DNA from: Dictyostelium discoideum
Lineage: Eukaryota
Direction: 5' to 3'
NCBI GenBank assembly: GCA_000004695.1
Contig: CM000151.3
Span: 6,592,001-6,656,000 of the forward strand
DNA length: 64,000 nt
A program made the translations under genes and the position numbers. This document shows positions 17,781-31,695 of this stretch, one piece after another (position 1 is the stretch's first letter; the number at the start of each line of letters is the position of its first letter). The notes under the pieces were generated by a model that ran no database searches, was not told the origin of the DNA, and saw only the letters and a list, made by a program, of their open reading frames with translations.

Positions 17781-18187
17781 TTTCAGTTCGCATCAGAAGA
17801 ACATTGATAGAATGATTTGGAATAAAAAAAAAAAAAAAAAAAAAAAAAATGGGGTTTTACAAATATTTTATAATATGATTATAAAATTTAGGATGTTAAA
17901 TTCTAATTGATTAAAAAAAAAAAAATTAAAAAAAAAAAAAAATTAAAAAAAATAAATCAACTGTTTAAATTTTTAACGAATATTCCATTCATTCCTCAAG
18001 GATTTAGATTTTTTTTTATTTTTTATTTTTTTTAATTTTTTTTTTATTTATTTTTTTTTTTTAGAAAATTTTTAGCAAAAACAGAACCAAAAGAATTTAA
18101 TTTTATTTTTTATTTTTTTTTTTTTTTTTTATTTTTATCTTATTTTTTTATTTTATACATCATCAATCAAATTAAAAACATTTACAA

Positions 18188-18281
18188 ATGATGGTATGAA
18201 ATTTCAAAATTGAAAAAAAAAAAAAAAAAAAAAAAAATAGAAAATAAAAAATAAAAAGAATTGTAGTTGTAGGACTAACTT

Positions 18282-18318
<37 letters not shown>

Positions 18319-19499
18319 TTTAAAAAAAATTAAAAATATTAGACCACAGAAGATGTACAACCAATTGAAACTACCAAAGATGGTGTAGTAGTATTAAATT
18401 ATAGCGATTTAATTGCAGGTAAAGATTTATCAGACTCAATTGAAAAAGCCTATGGTTACAGTGGTCATGGTTTATTAGTTGTTAAAGGTATTCCATCAAT
18501 TGTTGAATTACGTGAAAGATTATTAAATCTTGCACCAAGATATTCAGCACTTCCAGATGAAATCAAAGAAAAAAGTGTACACAAAGAAAGTAATTTCTCA
18601 TTTGGTTGGAGTCATGGTAAAGAAATTTTAAGACCAGGTGTATTTGGTAAGTGGTACTATTTTTTTTATTTTTTTTTATTTTATTTTAAATAAAATATTA
18701 ATCAAATATATATATTTTAGATGAATATAAAGGATCATATTATAATAATCCACAATATGATCAACCATTTGAAGATGAAAAAATGATTAAAGAATTTCCA
18801 GAATCATGTCACCCAAATATTTGGCCAGTTGAAGATTTTCCAGAGATGAGACAAGCATTTATGGAATTAGGTCAAACCATTGTAAATGTTGGACAATTGG
18901 TAGCAAGACAATGTGATAAGTATACAGTTAAACAATGTGAAGATTATAAAGCAGATACATTGGAAACAGTGATTAAGGAGTCATTGACATGTAAAGCACG
19001 TCTATTATACTATTTCCCAATCAATGAGGATCAATCTGAGAGATCAAGAGACTCATGGTGCGGTTGGCATAATGATCATAGTTCATTGACTGGTTTATGT
19101 CCAGCAATGTATTTTACAATGTCTGAAGATGGCAAACTTGTTGTCAACTCTGATATCCCATGTCCAGATGCCGAAGCTGGTTTATATGCAAAATCACGTG
19201 ATGAAAAAGAAGTTAAAATCGCAATTCCAAAAGATTGTATCGCCTATCAAATCGGTGAATGTTCACAAATTCAAACTGGTGGTCTCTTAAGAGCTACACC
19301 ACATGCAGTTCAAGCTATTAAATATCCAGAAAGTAAAAATGTTGGTCGTGGTACTTTTGCTGTCTTTATGCAACCAAACGTTGATGTTGTTTTAAATACT
19401 CCAAAAGGAAAAGAAAATACTTTTGTTGGTCAGTATAAACCTGGTATGAATTTTGCTGAATTCTCAAAAGTAACAATCGAAAATTATTATTCTGAATAA
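18188..19499 (+). CDS. 2-oxoglutarate/Fe(II)-dependent dioxygenase superfamily protein; three exons, join(18188..18193, 18343..18646, 18721..19499)
   Basis: Exon 2 (TTEDVQPIETTKDGVVVLNYSDL...GLLVVKGIPS...) is open, has no ATG, and is preceded by a TATTAG acceptor. A micro-exon ATGATG|GTATGA lies 150 nt upstream in the right phase. The donor GTAAGT at 18647 and acceptor TTTTAG at 18720 join it in frame to the 18783 ORF. The protein has a DIOX_N-like N-terminus, an HxD motif (WHNDHSSLTGL) and a distal His (ATPHAV). Confidence 0.55.
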
Positions 19500-20089
19500 A
19501 TAAAAAAAAAAAAAATAAAAAAAAAAATATAATTTTTTAAAAAAAAATAAAAAAACTACAAATGTAAACTGCCAATAAATTAATATAAATTAATTAATTT
19601 ATTGGTGGTTAATTTTATTAAATTTTGTTGAAAATTTAAGAACAAAAGGTTTTAAATTACCAATAATTATTTTCAAGATTTTTTTTTTTTTTTTTAATAC
19701 TATGTATTTGTTTTTTTAATTTTTTTTTACAACAGAATAAATAATAATAAAAATAATAAATAATAATAATAAAAAAACAATTATAATTGTTTAGGTTTCT
19801 CAATTTTTTTTTTTTTTCGTTTTTTTACAAAATATTTTTTTTTGAATTTTTTTATTTTTTTTTTTATTTTTTTTTTTTATTTTCATTTTTTTTGAATTTT
19901 TTTTTTTATTTTGATCATTTTTTTTTTTTAATTGTTGTTCATTCTTTTTTTCACACTTTTAAAACAATATTAATATTTTTTAAAACGTGGGGTTGTTTAT
20001 TTATTTTTTTTTTTTATTTTTTAAAAATTTTTATCCACATAAAAATATTTTTAGCACTTTAAAAGAAATAAAATATATAAATATATAAG

Positions 20090-20261
20090 ATGTATCAAGT
20101 TACAAAAGCAATTAAAAAAGTTTCACCAGTTTGTAAAAATGGTTTGAAATCAACATCATTATATATCAATACCAATACAAATAGTAGAATGTCAATTAGA
20201 AGTTATGCAAATGCAAATCCATCAAATATTGCTTCAACTACCTTTGCAAAGTATATAATCA

Positions 20262-20302
<41 letters not shown>

Positions 20303-20404
20303 TTCATAATAATTTTGAGATATCTCTCAATTTTGTTATATTTATTTTTATTTTTTTTAAAAACTAATCATTATATAAATATTTTATTTATATTGTAATG
20401 ATTA

Positions 20405-20450
<46 letters not shown>

Positions 20451-22240
20451 TTTAATCAATAAAATATAAAATTTTTAAAATATATATATATACTAATTTA
20501 TTATTATTATTATTATTATTTAGTACACCAATGGGAGTTTTTGCAGATCAATTATTTTTACAACCAATTAACCCAGCAACAATTAGACCAATTACAGATT
20601 TAAGAATTGATACAAAATTTTCATTGAAAAAAAAGTTTGATAGAGCATTTTTAAAGAAGGATGAATGGAAGAATGTACCATTAGAAGAGAAAAAGAATAT
20701 GATTGTAAAGTTTAGAGATTTATTGATTGCCAATACAGATAAGATGTCAAAAGATTTAACCGAAGAAACTGGTAAACCAATTTCCCAAGCCAAGAATGAA
20801 GTTTTAGCAGTTATTGATCGTATTGAATTCTTTTTAGGTAATGTAGACAAAGTTTTAGCAGAACAAATCGTTAGAACCACAGACAAATTCCAAGAGAAAT
20901 TAGTCAAAGAACCATTGGGTATTATTGCAAACATTTCCGCATGGAATTATCCAATTTTCATTGGTCTCAATGTTATCATTCCAGCATTGTTAACTGGTAA
21001 CTGTGTACTCTATAAACCATCAGAATTCTCATCATTGACTGGTATCAACATTGCAGAATTCCTTTATGAAGCAGGTGTTCCAAGAGAAGTGTTCCAAGTT
21101 GTATTGGGTAAATCTGTGATCTCTCAATCCTTATTGAATCTTCCAATCGATGGTGTTTTCTTCACTGGTAGTCATGCTACTGGTCAAAAGATCTCTCAAA
21201 CATTGGCTGGTCGTATGGTTAAAACTCAATTGGAATTGGGTGGTAAGGACGCCGTTTACGTTCACTCTTCCGCCGATCTCAAGACTGCCATCGCTTCAAT
21301 CGCTGATGGTGCCATGTATAACAGTGGTCAAAGTTGTTGCTCTGTCGAGAGAATCTATGTAGATAAATCAATTTACAACACTTTTATCGATGATTTGGTT
21401 GAAGTTGTCAAACGTTTCAAATTCAGTTTTGATCCAATGAATCCAAAGACTTACTTTGGTCCATTAACTAGAGGTATGGCTCAAGTTGAACATTTACAAA
21501 GATTGATTGGTTCCGCTTTGAAACGTGGTGCTATCCTCGAGTTGGGTGGTAATGTCCTTGATAATGCCCCAGGTTATTTCTTTGCTCCAACCGTTATTTC
21601 AAATGTTCACCATGGTATGGATATTCAAAGAGAGGAATTATTTGGTCCTGTCGTTACAATTCAACCAGTTAGTGGTCCTGCTGAGGCTGCTCTCTTAATG
21701 AATGATACCCCATTCGGTCTCACTGGTTCAGTTTACAGTCAAGATCCACATGTTGCAAATTATATCGCCGAAAAATCAAATACTGGTACTGTCTATTGGA
21801 ATTCTTGTGATAGAGTTTCCCCATATCTCCCATGGAGTGGTCGTGGTTACTCTGGTATTGGTACTACACTCGGTATGGAAGGTATCGAATGTTTCACTAA
21901 ACCAAAAGCTCTTCACTTATTCGGTCCAACCCTTGGTTACTTTGGTGAAGCTAAAAACAGTGATATCGTACCAACTAAACCAGCCCATTTGGTTGAAATC
22001 CTTGCAAATAAACAAAAAGAGAAAATTGAATATCAAGACAGTATCGAATCACCACTCGCTCCAATTTACAACTTTGATACCATGGATCTTGGTTATCCAA
22101 TTGAAAATGATGCACTCTTTGCTCCAGATAATGAAAATGACAGTGAAGAATTTGTTAGATCTGCTCTCGAATCTGGTACTATTAGAAAAATTACTAACAA
22201 AAAAGATTATGTTCCAGTCAAATCTGTAAAAGTTGAATGA
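20090..22240 (+). CDS. aldehyde dehydrogenase family protein, probably with an N-terminal presequence exon; join(20090..20250, 20524..22240)
   Basis: The 20531 ORF has ALDH hallmarks: ELGGKDA, a catalytic Cys in FYNSGQSCCSVERIYV, and a Rossmann GxGxxG-like FTGSHATG. The upstream ORF 20090 (MYQVTKAIKKVSPVCKNGLKSTSLYINTNTNSRMSIRSYANANPS) is basic, hydroxylated and has no acidic residues, so it looks like a mitochondrial presequence. It ends at a GTATAT donor (20251) in phase 2 and joins the TTTAG acceptor (20522-23) in frame. The C-terminus carries an extra ~90 aa not typical of ALDHs. Confidence 0.65.
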
Positions 22241-22399
22241 TGATTAAAAAAAAAAAAAATAAATAAAAAAAAAAAAAAATAAAATAAAAAAAAAATTTAA
22301 TAATAAAAAAATAAATTATAATTATAAATATATAAAAGAAAAAAAAAAAAGATATCTATTTAATTATTTTTATTTAATTTTTTTACTATACAATTTAAT

Positions 22400-25300
22400 T
22401 TATTTGAAAGATAATTTTTTCATTCTGAATTTTTTAGCTCTATTAATATTAATTCTTAGTGTGGTTGATTTTTTATAGACAATTGAAATCACTATAATTA
22501 AAATTAAAATAAACCCTGCTGTTGAACCAATTATTATACCAATTAATTGAGTCTTTGTCAAACCAGATTGATTTTTATTGCAAGTGGAATTTTCTATTTT
22601 TGAGGATTCTAAAAGAACTGAAAAATTAGGATCGAGCTCAACACTGGTTTTATAATTTGGAATTTGAATTGAAATGTATTGTGAGGAGGAACTACCATTT
22701 GAAGTGGAGTTAATATTATTTCCTCTTACTTTATTTAAAACACCGACAATGTGAGTATCAACAATTGCTCGTTTAATAAACTCTCCATAGAGACTAACAT
22801 CATTGATTTGAATTTTAAGATATTGAGAAGATAGTTGAGAAGATGAATCACCAAATTCACTACTAAAACATGCATCATCTATTTTCTCTGTTTCTATAGA
22901 TGTATACATTACTAAATCTAATGTATTTAAATTACTTTTGAATTGGTAATCTGAGAGTGAAATAAAATACTTGATTGAAGATGGTTGAATTGTTATATTT
23001 TCACCAGCAAATTGTATAGTAGTTAATTGTTTATACATTTTTATTGAAACAGTTATATTTGTTCTCTTTGAAAGATCATTCTTATTTTTTATACTTGTAA
23101 AGTATGTATGATTATCATTGTTGTAATATTGGTAGTTCCACATTTCAAAAATATAATCATTTTCAACTTTTCCATCAAAACCCAATTCTCTAAGAGAGTA
23201 AATTGAAACTAAAGTTGAGAATTTATTTCCAGAATTTTCATGTTGATAGGGAGTGATAACTTCAGGTTGAGAATTATTTACAATTGGATCAATATCAACA
23301 ATAACTTTTGATGAACAATCTATACCAATGTATGGAGAAATACAAATACAACCCAAATTTGAACATTGACCTTGGGCTATACCACCACAATCATTCTTAC
23401 ATTGTGACGGTGAATTTGTTGGTAGAGGTGTTGGGTTCGCTGTTAAAGAAGGCGTAGCTGTAGGGTTTGAAGTTGGATGAGGTGTTGTAGTTGGTGGCAT
23501 GGTAACATTTGTATGTGCTTTAAGAACAAAATTAATTTCATTTGAAGAAAAACCTAATTGATTTGTAATATATATTTGACAATTGGTATCATTAATGTTT
23601 CTATACTGTTTTAAGTCAAAGACTATGTATGTGTTGTTTAAAAATGGTAGAGATATATTTAGATTTTCAATTGCCCCATTAATTCTTAATTTTCCAGTTG
23701 GTAATATACCAAATTTTAATCCATTTACAGTTAATAAATCACCATCAATATCCATAACAAAACTTTCAATGAATGGTTGACTTTGGCCAATAGTAACATT
23801 TATAAATGAATTACCTCTATTGTATTGATTGATAATATCGGGTGTTGCACCCAAAACATTAAATTTATTATCGTAAATTCCATGAATTTGAGTTAAAAAG
23901 CCATTGGGGTATCCAAAAAGGTAAGGGAGAGTAATATTAACACCAAATATAGCATTTTCAAAAAAACCTAATCCTGAACTAGTACCTGATATATATGAAG
24001 TTTGTTTTGAAATGATTTCAACATTATCGTTAATGAAATAAATTGTTGGTGGTTCTTCAATATAAATTCCAGATTCGCCATCATAAACTGTAAAATTAAT
24101 TTCAAGTGTCCTATCAAGGTAGTTTTCAATATTCAATTGGTTTACATGATATACCTGCATGTATGGCGGTGTGACATCAGTTGGAGTTTCCCCGCTAGTT
24201 TGAATTGAAAAAGATGGGTAAAGTTCCACCAATAACATAAGAGGGTTAACTTTGGTTGGGTTTGGGAATTCTGTAATATAACCATTTGAATCAATTGCCG
24301 ATAGTTCTGATATTGAAAATGTTTGAGGGATATCACCATATTTTATTTCCCATGTAAATTGTATCCATTTTCCCAATGATGGCTCAGTGAATGTAAAATT
24401 TTTAAACATTTGTTTATATGTTTTATCAGAGGTAACAGTGATATTAACTTGAGAAATACCATTTAAATAATCACCAAATAAAATTTGAAAACCAATTGTG
24501 TTTGGTGGTTCATTAATTGATGGAATGGTGGTATTTCCTATAGTGTTATATGATAATGCAATTGGTCCCATAATATCAGCTATTTGACTGTACACATTAA
24601 GCTCAGAGGGGCTACCAAAATATTGATACAAGATTGAGCTATCAATTTCTAATGGATTTAAAATATATGAAATTGGTCCAGTTGGTAAACGTGCAGGTAA
24701 ATCAAAAGAAACTTCATAAATAGACGATGCTGAATTCCATTTACTTTTAAAAAATCTAGGAGTACCAGATATTTTGTTATTTGGTTCATATGTATCAATT
24801 CCAAGTTTTGGAATAAATTGAAATACTAAATTTGAAATACTTTGATCTTTCAATTTAATATACAATACATTTGATGAATTTGAATTTGATAAATCTATAT
24901 TATTATTTCTAAAACCAATACTTTCAATATCTTCAAGTGTTAAAACTTGATAAGGGAATGAACCTAAATATCTTTTTCCCGAATAAAAATTATTTGGATA
25001 AAGTTTAACTAAATTGTTTGCATAATCATTCATCTCTATGAAATAATTTCTTCTAATTGAATATTTTGGAATTGAAATTTGATATATTCCTTTGAAACAA
25101 TCTCCTTCAATTAAATTCCTATTTGTTATTCTGAAAATTGATTGAACTTTTGATGGCTCATATGCTCCAATAAATGAAATTGCTATACTTTGAATACATG
25201 AACCACCTTCATCACTTGCACTAATTCTAACGATACAGTCATCTGATACGCTGTCAAAATATTCGATATTTTCAAATACTGGGGGTATTGATTCTTTAAA

Positions 25301-26840
25301 TGATGCAATACCACTAATACCACCCACTAAAATTGGTGAAGGATATTTAATAAAATAAAATTGTAATGTAATTTCTAAAGCAATTGATTTTTGATAAGGA
25401 GATGATGGTACCCATAAAGTATTTGTTGCACCACCCTGTGCATTAATTGTATTGATAAAGTATGGATATTTAAAGTGTGATAGTGTGTTGAATCCATTAT
25501 CAATAAAAATATCCCCATAATTAACTGTTGTTGGTATAACAAATTTTGAAAAACTTATAAAAATAGAATTTTGAATTTGAGTTCCAAAATAAGATTGTTG
25601 AATCACAGGAAGATTAACACCAGTTGGACCAAAATAACTAATATTTCTACTAAAAATTGTTGAAAATCCTAAAGTTGAATCAAATGAACTAATTGGATAT
25701 ATATAACTTCCTTGTCTTTCCGCTATATTTTTAATGGTAAATAACCAATGCCCATAACTTTTATTACCATAAACCAACTCTGGTAGATTACTATTACTAT
25801 CCATGTTCATTAGAAAATAAATACCAGGGCGTTGAAAATCAGCTTGAACAACAAAAAGTAAAGAACATTGATCATATACTAAAGATGAACAATTATTATC
25901 ATGTTGTAAAGGAGCAATTGTTGGATTCTTGAAATAGGTACCTAATTTTTAAAAATTAATAAATTACTATTTTAATTTTATATATTTTAAAAAAAAAAAA
26001 AAAGTAATATAAACAACATACTATTTAAAAAAGATGTTAAATATAATTTGGTAGATGTTGAGACAGAACCAAAAATAGTATCAATAGATAGTTGGGAAAT
26101 TACTGATGCTGAACGCTTTATCACTGGTTTAAATATTGTATAGTTTTTACTAACATCTGTATAAAATATTGAATCATCATAGTAACCTTGAGTGAATGTA
26201 TTTGAAATAAAATTATTTTCTAGTCCTGGTACTGACAAATATTGTTCTAATCCAATATTATGAACTAAAATACCATATCTCCCTTTATATTGTTTATCTA
26301 TAAATAATTTTTGTCCAACCAACTCTCTTTCAATATTTACTGGTCTTTCTTTAATTAAAAACAAAAAAAAAAAAAAAAAATTAATATTAAAATACTTTTT
26401 AAATTATAAAATAATAGTTTTTAAAATGAAAAAAACATACCTTTACAAGTTAAAGTAAAAAAATCATCAAATTGGATAGTTGTTGAATTATCCAAAGTAA
26501 GTAATAGATTAAATTTTTGATTTTCTCCAATTTGTACAGTATTTATAACTTTTAACCAAAAAATATTTTCATCTAACTTGATTAAATCTATTGATTCATT
26601 TAATGATACTAATGATAGTTTTTCAAATTGAATATATGATGTTTTATTGCAAACTCCACCTATTGAATATTGATCATTATATAAAGTTACTAAATCATCA
26701 AATGAATCTGTAATATCTATCACTGAAAAATCACCATTACCAACTTTAATCGATTTAATACCTGTTGTTTTTAAAAAAATAGCAATTAATAAAAAAGCTT
26801 TATTCTTAGTCACTTTTTTTTTTTTTTGTCTAATTACCAT
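22400..26840 (-). CDS. large (~1420 aa) type I transmembrane glycoprotein with an EGF-like Cys module and Pro/Thr-rich stalk; three exons, complement join(22400..25941, 26022..26348, 26441..26840)
   Basis: Minus-strand ORFs 26421-26840 (signal peptide MVIRQKKKKVTKNKAFLLIAIFL), 25987-26364 and 22400-25810 are linked by GTATGT donors and AT-rich introns ending in AG, with phases that preserve the frame. The product has many NxS/T sites, CKNDCGGIAQGQCSNLGCICISPYIGIDC, a PTTTPHPTSNPTATPSLTANPTPLPT linker, and a TM helix (LIGIIIGSTAGFILILIIVISIVY) followed by a short basic tail. Confidence 0.6.
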
Positions 26841-27400
26841 TAATTAAACTTAATAATATTGACACAAAAATATATAAATGAATATTTCTATTCATTATAT
26901 CTTTTTCTGGTATTAAATTTAATACCTGTGGTTATGAAAAAAAAAAAACAAGACAAATAAAAAAATCTTTTTTCTAATCATTTTTTTTTTTTTTTTCGAT
27001 AAGTAAAAAAAGCTTTTCAAAAAAATTAAATAAATATCTAAAAAGATATTTTTAGTTTTTTTTTTTGAAGGTGTAAATTTTATTATTAAGAAATTAGTTT
27101 TAAAAAAAAACTCATAAATAATTAAAACTTTAGTTTTTTTTTTTTTTTTTTTTTTAATTGTTTATTTACTTTTATTTACGTTTGGTTTTAAATTTTACAT
27201 ATGGATATTTTTTTTTTTATATCTCTAAAAAATGGTATTTGTTTTTTTTGTTTTTTTTTTTTTGTTTTTTTTTTTTTTTTTTTTTTTTTATAAAAAAATG
27301 AACTAAGGTGATAATGATTAAATTAAATTAATATTTTAATGAACAGGTTGCTATATATTTTTTTTTTAAAAAAAAAAAAAATAATTAAAATTAATTATTA

Positions 27401-27466
27401 TTATTTGTTATTATTATTATTTGTTATTATTATTATTTGTTATTATTATTATTTGTTATTATTATT

Positions 27467-27560
<94 letters not shown>
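27401..27560. repeat. compound microsatellite: (TTATTATTATTATTTG)5 followed by (ATT)~30
   Basis: Direct observation, in the intergenic region 3' of the Galpha gene. Spurious ORF 27339..27614 rejected. Confidence 0.85.
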
Positions 27561-27602
27561 TTTCTTTTTGAAAATTGTTTTTTTTTTATTATTATAATTA
27601 TT

Positions 27603-28779
27603 TTAAGAATATAAACCAGCTTTCATAACACATTGAGTGAAAATAATATCTTTTACAGCTTCAAAAACGACACGAATATTATTTGTATCGGTGGCACAAG
27701 TGATATGAGAATAGATTGCTTTTTGTTCGGTTTTATTGATTTGCCAGAAACGTTCTTTGATATAGTTTGAGGCTCTTTCGTAATCTCTACCACCTTTATA
27801 TTCTGGGAAAGTTTCAGAGAGATCAACATGTTTGATTTTCTCTCTGAATAAATCAGATTTGTTTAAGAATAAAATGATTGGAGTATTTACAAACCAACTA
27901 TTGCAAACATCACTGAATACACGTAAACTTTCCAACATACGATTGGTTGAATTATCTTCATACAATAATAAATCATATTCGGACAAGGCAACACAAAATA
28001 CAACTGCTGTAACATCATCGAAACATGATAACCATTTCTTTCTTTCAGAACGTTGACCACCAACATCTACTAATCTAAATTTGATTTTACCAATTTCAAA
28101 GTTTGTTTCATGAACACCTCTTGTCATAACACGAGTATGTAAAATATCTTGATCAGTTGGAATATAAACTGGTGATGTCATACGATCTATACTATCAAAG
28201 AAATATGGAGCTGAATCTGGTAATGTACTAAATTCATTTGCTCTTCTCATTGCCTGTTTGACACCTGGGTCTGTCCATAAGGCTTTTATCTTTTTACCTT
28301 GATCTTCATTTAATTCTCCCCAACAATCTGTAACAATTGATGCTTGTAATGATGTTAATTCTTTAATCATAACTGCTGCGTCCTAAAAAAATAAAAAATA
28401 ATAAAAAATAAATAAATAATAATATGTTAATATATGTACATTTTTATTTTTATTTTTTATTATTTTTTTTTTTTTTTTTACTTACTGAATTACTTGGGTC
28501 AATTGTCATTCCAAGTCTTCCCATTCCATCCAATAATACTCTCATATTATCAAGAATATTTCTTGTAATAATTGGTTTAAATTCTTTTCTTTCTTCATTA
28601 CTGTAACCACTTTGATGAATAATTTTCATTTGTTTTGAAATTGTTGATTTACCAGATTCACCAGCACCAAGTAATAATAATTTAACTTCATTATGTTTCT
28701 TTTTTCTTTCTTTTTCAATAGATAAATTAATATCAGTATTGGTTTTTTCTCCTTCCATTGATGATGCACAAATACCCAT
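27603..28779 (-). CDS. gpaB: heterotrimeric G protein alpha subunit (357 aa); two exons, complement join(27603..28382, 28486..28779)
   Basis: Exon 1 is MGICASSMEGEK...LLLLGAGESGKSTISKQMKIIH, with a myristoylation Gly2 and the P-loop. The donor is TCA|GTAAGT and there is a 103-nt intron. Exon 2 carries the switch/NKxD/TCAT motifs (DVGGQRSERKKW, FLNKSDLF, TCATDT). The N-terminus and the 357-aa length match my recollection of Dictyostelium Galpha2. The Galpha call is firm. The paralog assignment rests on memory only. Confidence 0.75.
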
Positions 28780-28908
28780 TTTTTAAGTTTTTTTTCTTTA
28801 TTTTATATAATTATATATATATATATAGTTTTATAAATAAATATTAAGTGTGTGTGTTAAGTTATTAATGATACAAGTTTTGTTTAATGTGTGGTTTGGG
28901 TGCGGTTT

Positions 28909-28952
<44 letters not shown>

Positions 28953-29285
28953 TTATTTTCCGATTTAAAAAATATATTTTAAAATTTTAAAAATAAAAAT
29001 TATATTATTTGATATATGTATAAAAAAAAAAAATTAAATAAAATAAGGATACTGTTGAAAACAAAAACAAATGTTGTGTAATTGGATAGTGTTTATGTGT
29101 TTACTACTACTATTACAAACAAATTATAAAATAAATATATGTATATTATGGTGTTTAGAGTGGTTAATTATAAATTTAGATTGAAAAATTCAATTTAAAA
29201 ATAAAAAAAAGTTAAAAATAAAAAAAAAAAAATAAAAATAAAAATTTTAAAATAATAAAAAATTTAAAAAAAGATATTGTAAAGT

Positions 29286-29345
29286 GGTAAGTGTGTGTGT
29301 GTGTGGGTTGGTGTTATAAAAATTGATGTGTGGGGGTGTGCTTGA
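29286..29345. promoter_or_regulatory. GT/G-rich G-box-like elements (candidate GBF-type binding sites) about 0.5 kb upstream of the Galpha gene
   Basis: GTGTGTGTGTGTGTGGGTTGGTGTT ... GATGTGTGGGGGTGTG sits inside otherwise >90% AT DNA. It resembles Dictyostelium G-box/CA-rich developmental promoter elements. Confidence 0.3.
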
Positions 29346-30439
29346 TTATGTAGGGTTTTTTTTTTTTTTTTTTTTTTTTGAAATAAAAAGACTAAAAATA
29401 CGACGATATAATATTGATTGATAGAAATGTAGGGTGGGTTTTAAAAAAAAAAATTATATTTTTTTTTTGATTTTTTTTTTTTTGATTTTTTTTTTTTTTT
29501 TTTTTTGTGTAGATATGATTTGAGAATAATAATCAAAATATTAAAAAAAATAAAAATAAAAATAAAAATGAGGGAAGGGGGTGGGGTGGTTAGTACTAAA
29601 TTAAAGTATTTGATAGATATTTTAAAAATAAAAAAAATAAAATATAAAAAATTTTTTTACATACATGATTATGATATTGTTATTGTTTTCTTTTTAAAAT
29701 GAAGCTTTATATATTGAATGTTGCTTGAGAAATCTAAAAAAAAAAAAAGAAATAATTTTAAAAAAAAATAATAATAATTAGCTTTTAAATATTTATAATT
29801 AAAATTAATGAATAAATAAAATAAAATATAAAAAAAAAAAAACAAAAAGAAAAAAAAAAAAAAAGGATTAACCAAAAGGTTTTTTTTTTAAATTTTTTTT
29901 TTCTTTTTTATATTCAATAAAAATCTCGTTTGGTTCATTTATTAATTTTTTTATTTTTTTTATTTTTATTTTTTTTTTTTTTTTTTTACAAAATCACAAT
30001 ATCTTTCGAGATAGAATGATTTTTTTTTTTTTTTTTTTTTTTTTTGTAATTTTGTGTGCAAAAATGGATTGAATGATTGGGATGATGAGAAAAAAAAAAA
30101 AAATGAATGAAAGTGAAAAAAAAAACAAAAAAAAAAAAAGAAAATATGTTAAACAACAGATTATAATAGAGAGAAAGAAAGAAAATATATAAAAAAAAAA
30201 AAAAAAAAAAATTAAAAAAATTAATAAAAAAAAAAAAAAAAGAAAAACTTTACATTATTATACAATGGTAAAATTACAGAAATTTTGAACAAAATAGTTT
30301 TTTTTTTTTTATGGTACAAAAAATTAATTATTAAATAATTATTTTTATAACTACTATTATTATTATATTATTACAATTTTTATTTGTTATTGTTAACTAA
30401 TTATTTTTTGGAATTGATTTGGTTTTTGTGTTTTTGAAA

Positions 30440-30470
<31 letters not shown>

Positions 30471-30571
30471 ATTTTATTTTTTTTTTTTTTATTTTATTAT
30501 TATTATTATTTTTATTTTTTTTATTTTTTTTTTTTTAATTAAATGATAAACTCAAGAGAATGAGAATTTTT

Positions 30572-30605
<34 letters not shown>

Positions 30606-30758
30606 TTTTTTTTTTTTTTGTGTGGTTGGCTATCGTTTATGTTTATTTTTGGAAGAGTGGTGTGTGGGTTTATTTTTTTATTTTTATTTTTTTTGAAAAA
30701 CAGTTAATTTATTGTTGACAAAGTGTAAAAAGTGAGAGAAGAAGCATTAACGGTAATA

Positions 30759-30783
30759 TGTGTGGTTGGGTGTGGGGTGTGTT
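30759..30783. promoter_or_regulatory. G-box-like element TGTGGTTGGGTGTGGGGTGTG in the gene desert between the Galpha gene and the secreted-protein gene
   Basis: An isolated G/GT-rich island, with a second one at 30619-30672, in a 7 kb AT-rich non-coding region. Confidence 0.3.
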
Positions 30784-31256
30784 AAAATTTAATAAATAAT
30801 ATCATCATACGATAAACAACTTTTGAGATTGGGTTTTTTTAATTTATTTTTATATCCAAATTTTCCCAAAAATAAATTACAAAAAAAAATAACAAAAATG
30901 AAAAATAAAAAGAACACTGAATTGTGTGTCATTATTATTTACATATGCGTGGGAATATATTTAATTAACCACAACCAAACCACTTGTTAATATAAAAAAA
31001 AAATTAAAAAAAATTAAAAAAAATATAAAAATAATAAAAAAAAATAATCTGATATAATGTGATTTTGTTTATCAAAAAAAAGCAGGCGGAATGATTTAAA
31101 AAAAAATTTTTTTTTTCACCCCTACGATATTATATTAAAAGTCGTGTGGGTTAATTGAAGCCTCCAAAATATATATATTTATATATTTATTTTAAATCTT
31201 TTTTTTTTTTTTTCATTTAACAATTTTATAAAAATACATATGATTGTGCTAGTTTA

Positions 31257-31305
<49 letters not shown>

Positions 31306-31366
31306 CAAATGAATTGAAAATGTAATATTTCATTTCTAGTAGTTTTCTTAAGATTGGAGAGAGAAG

Positions 31367-31406
<40 letters not shown>

Positions 31407-31568
31407 AATGAGTGTGATTAAAATAATTACAATTCCAATGGAGCGAAGAAATTTTGATGCTATAAATAATTTATTATTACTATTTATATTACTGTGAGTG
31501 AAAATAAGAGAAAAAAAAAAAAATATTAATGCAATTACTTTTTTTTTTTTATACAAATTTTTTTCAAA

Positions 31569-31605
<37 letters not shown>

Positions 31606-31664
31606 CAAAAAAAAAAAAATGAATACATTATTCCAATCAAAAATGATAAATGATGATGTTTGTT

Positions 31665-31695
<31 letters not shown>

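Noticed and set aside
19787-20062. ORF 19787+ (poly-Phe)
   Set aside because: T-rich intergenic spacer between the oxygenase and ALDH genes, with no complexity.
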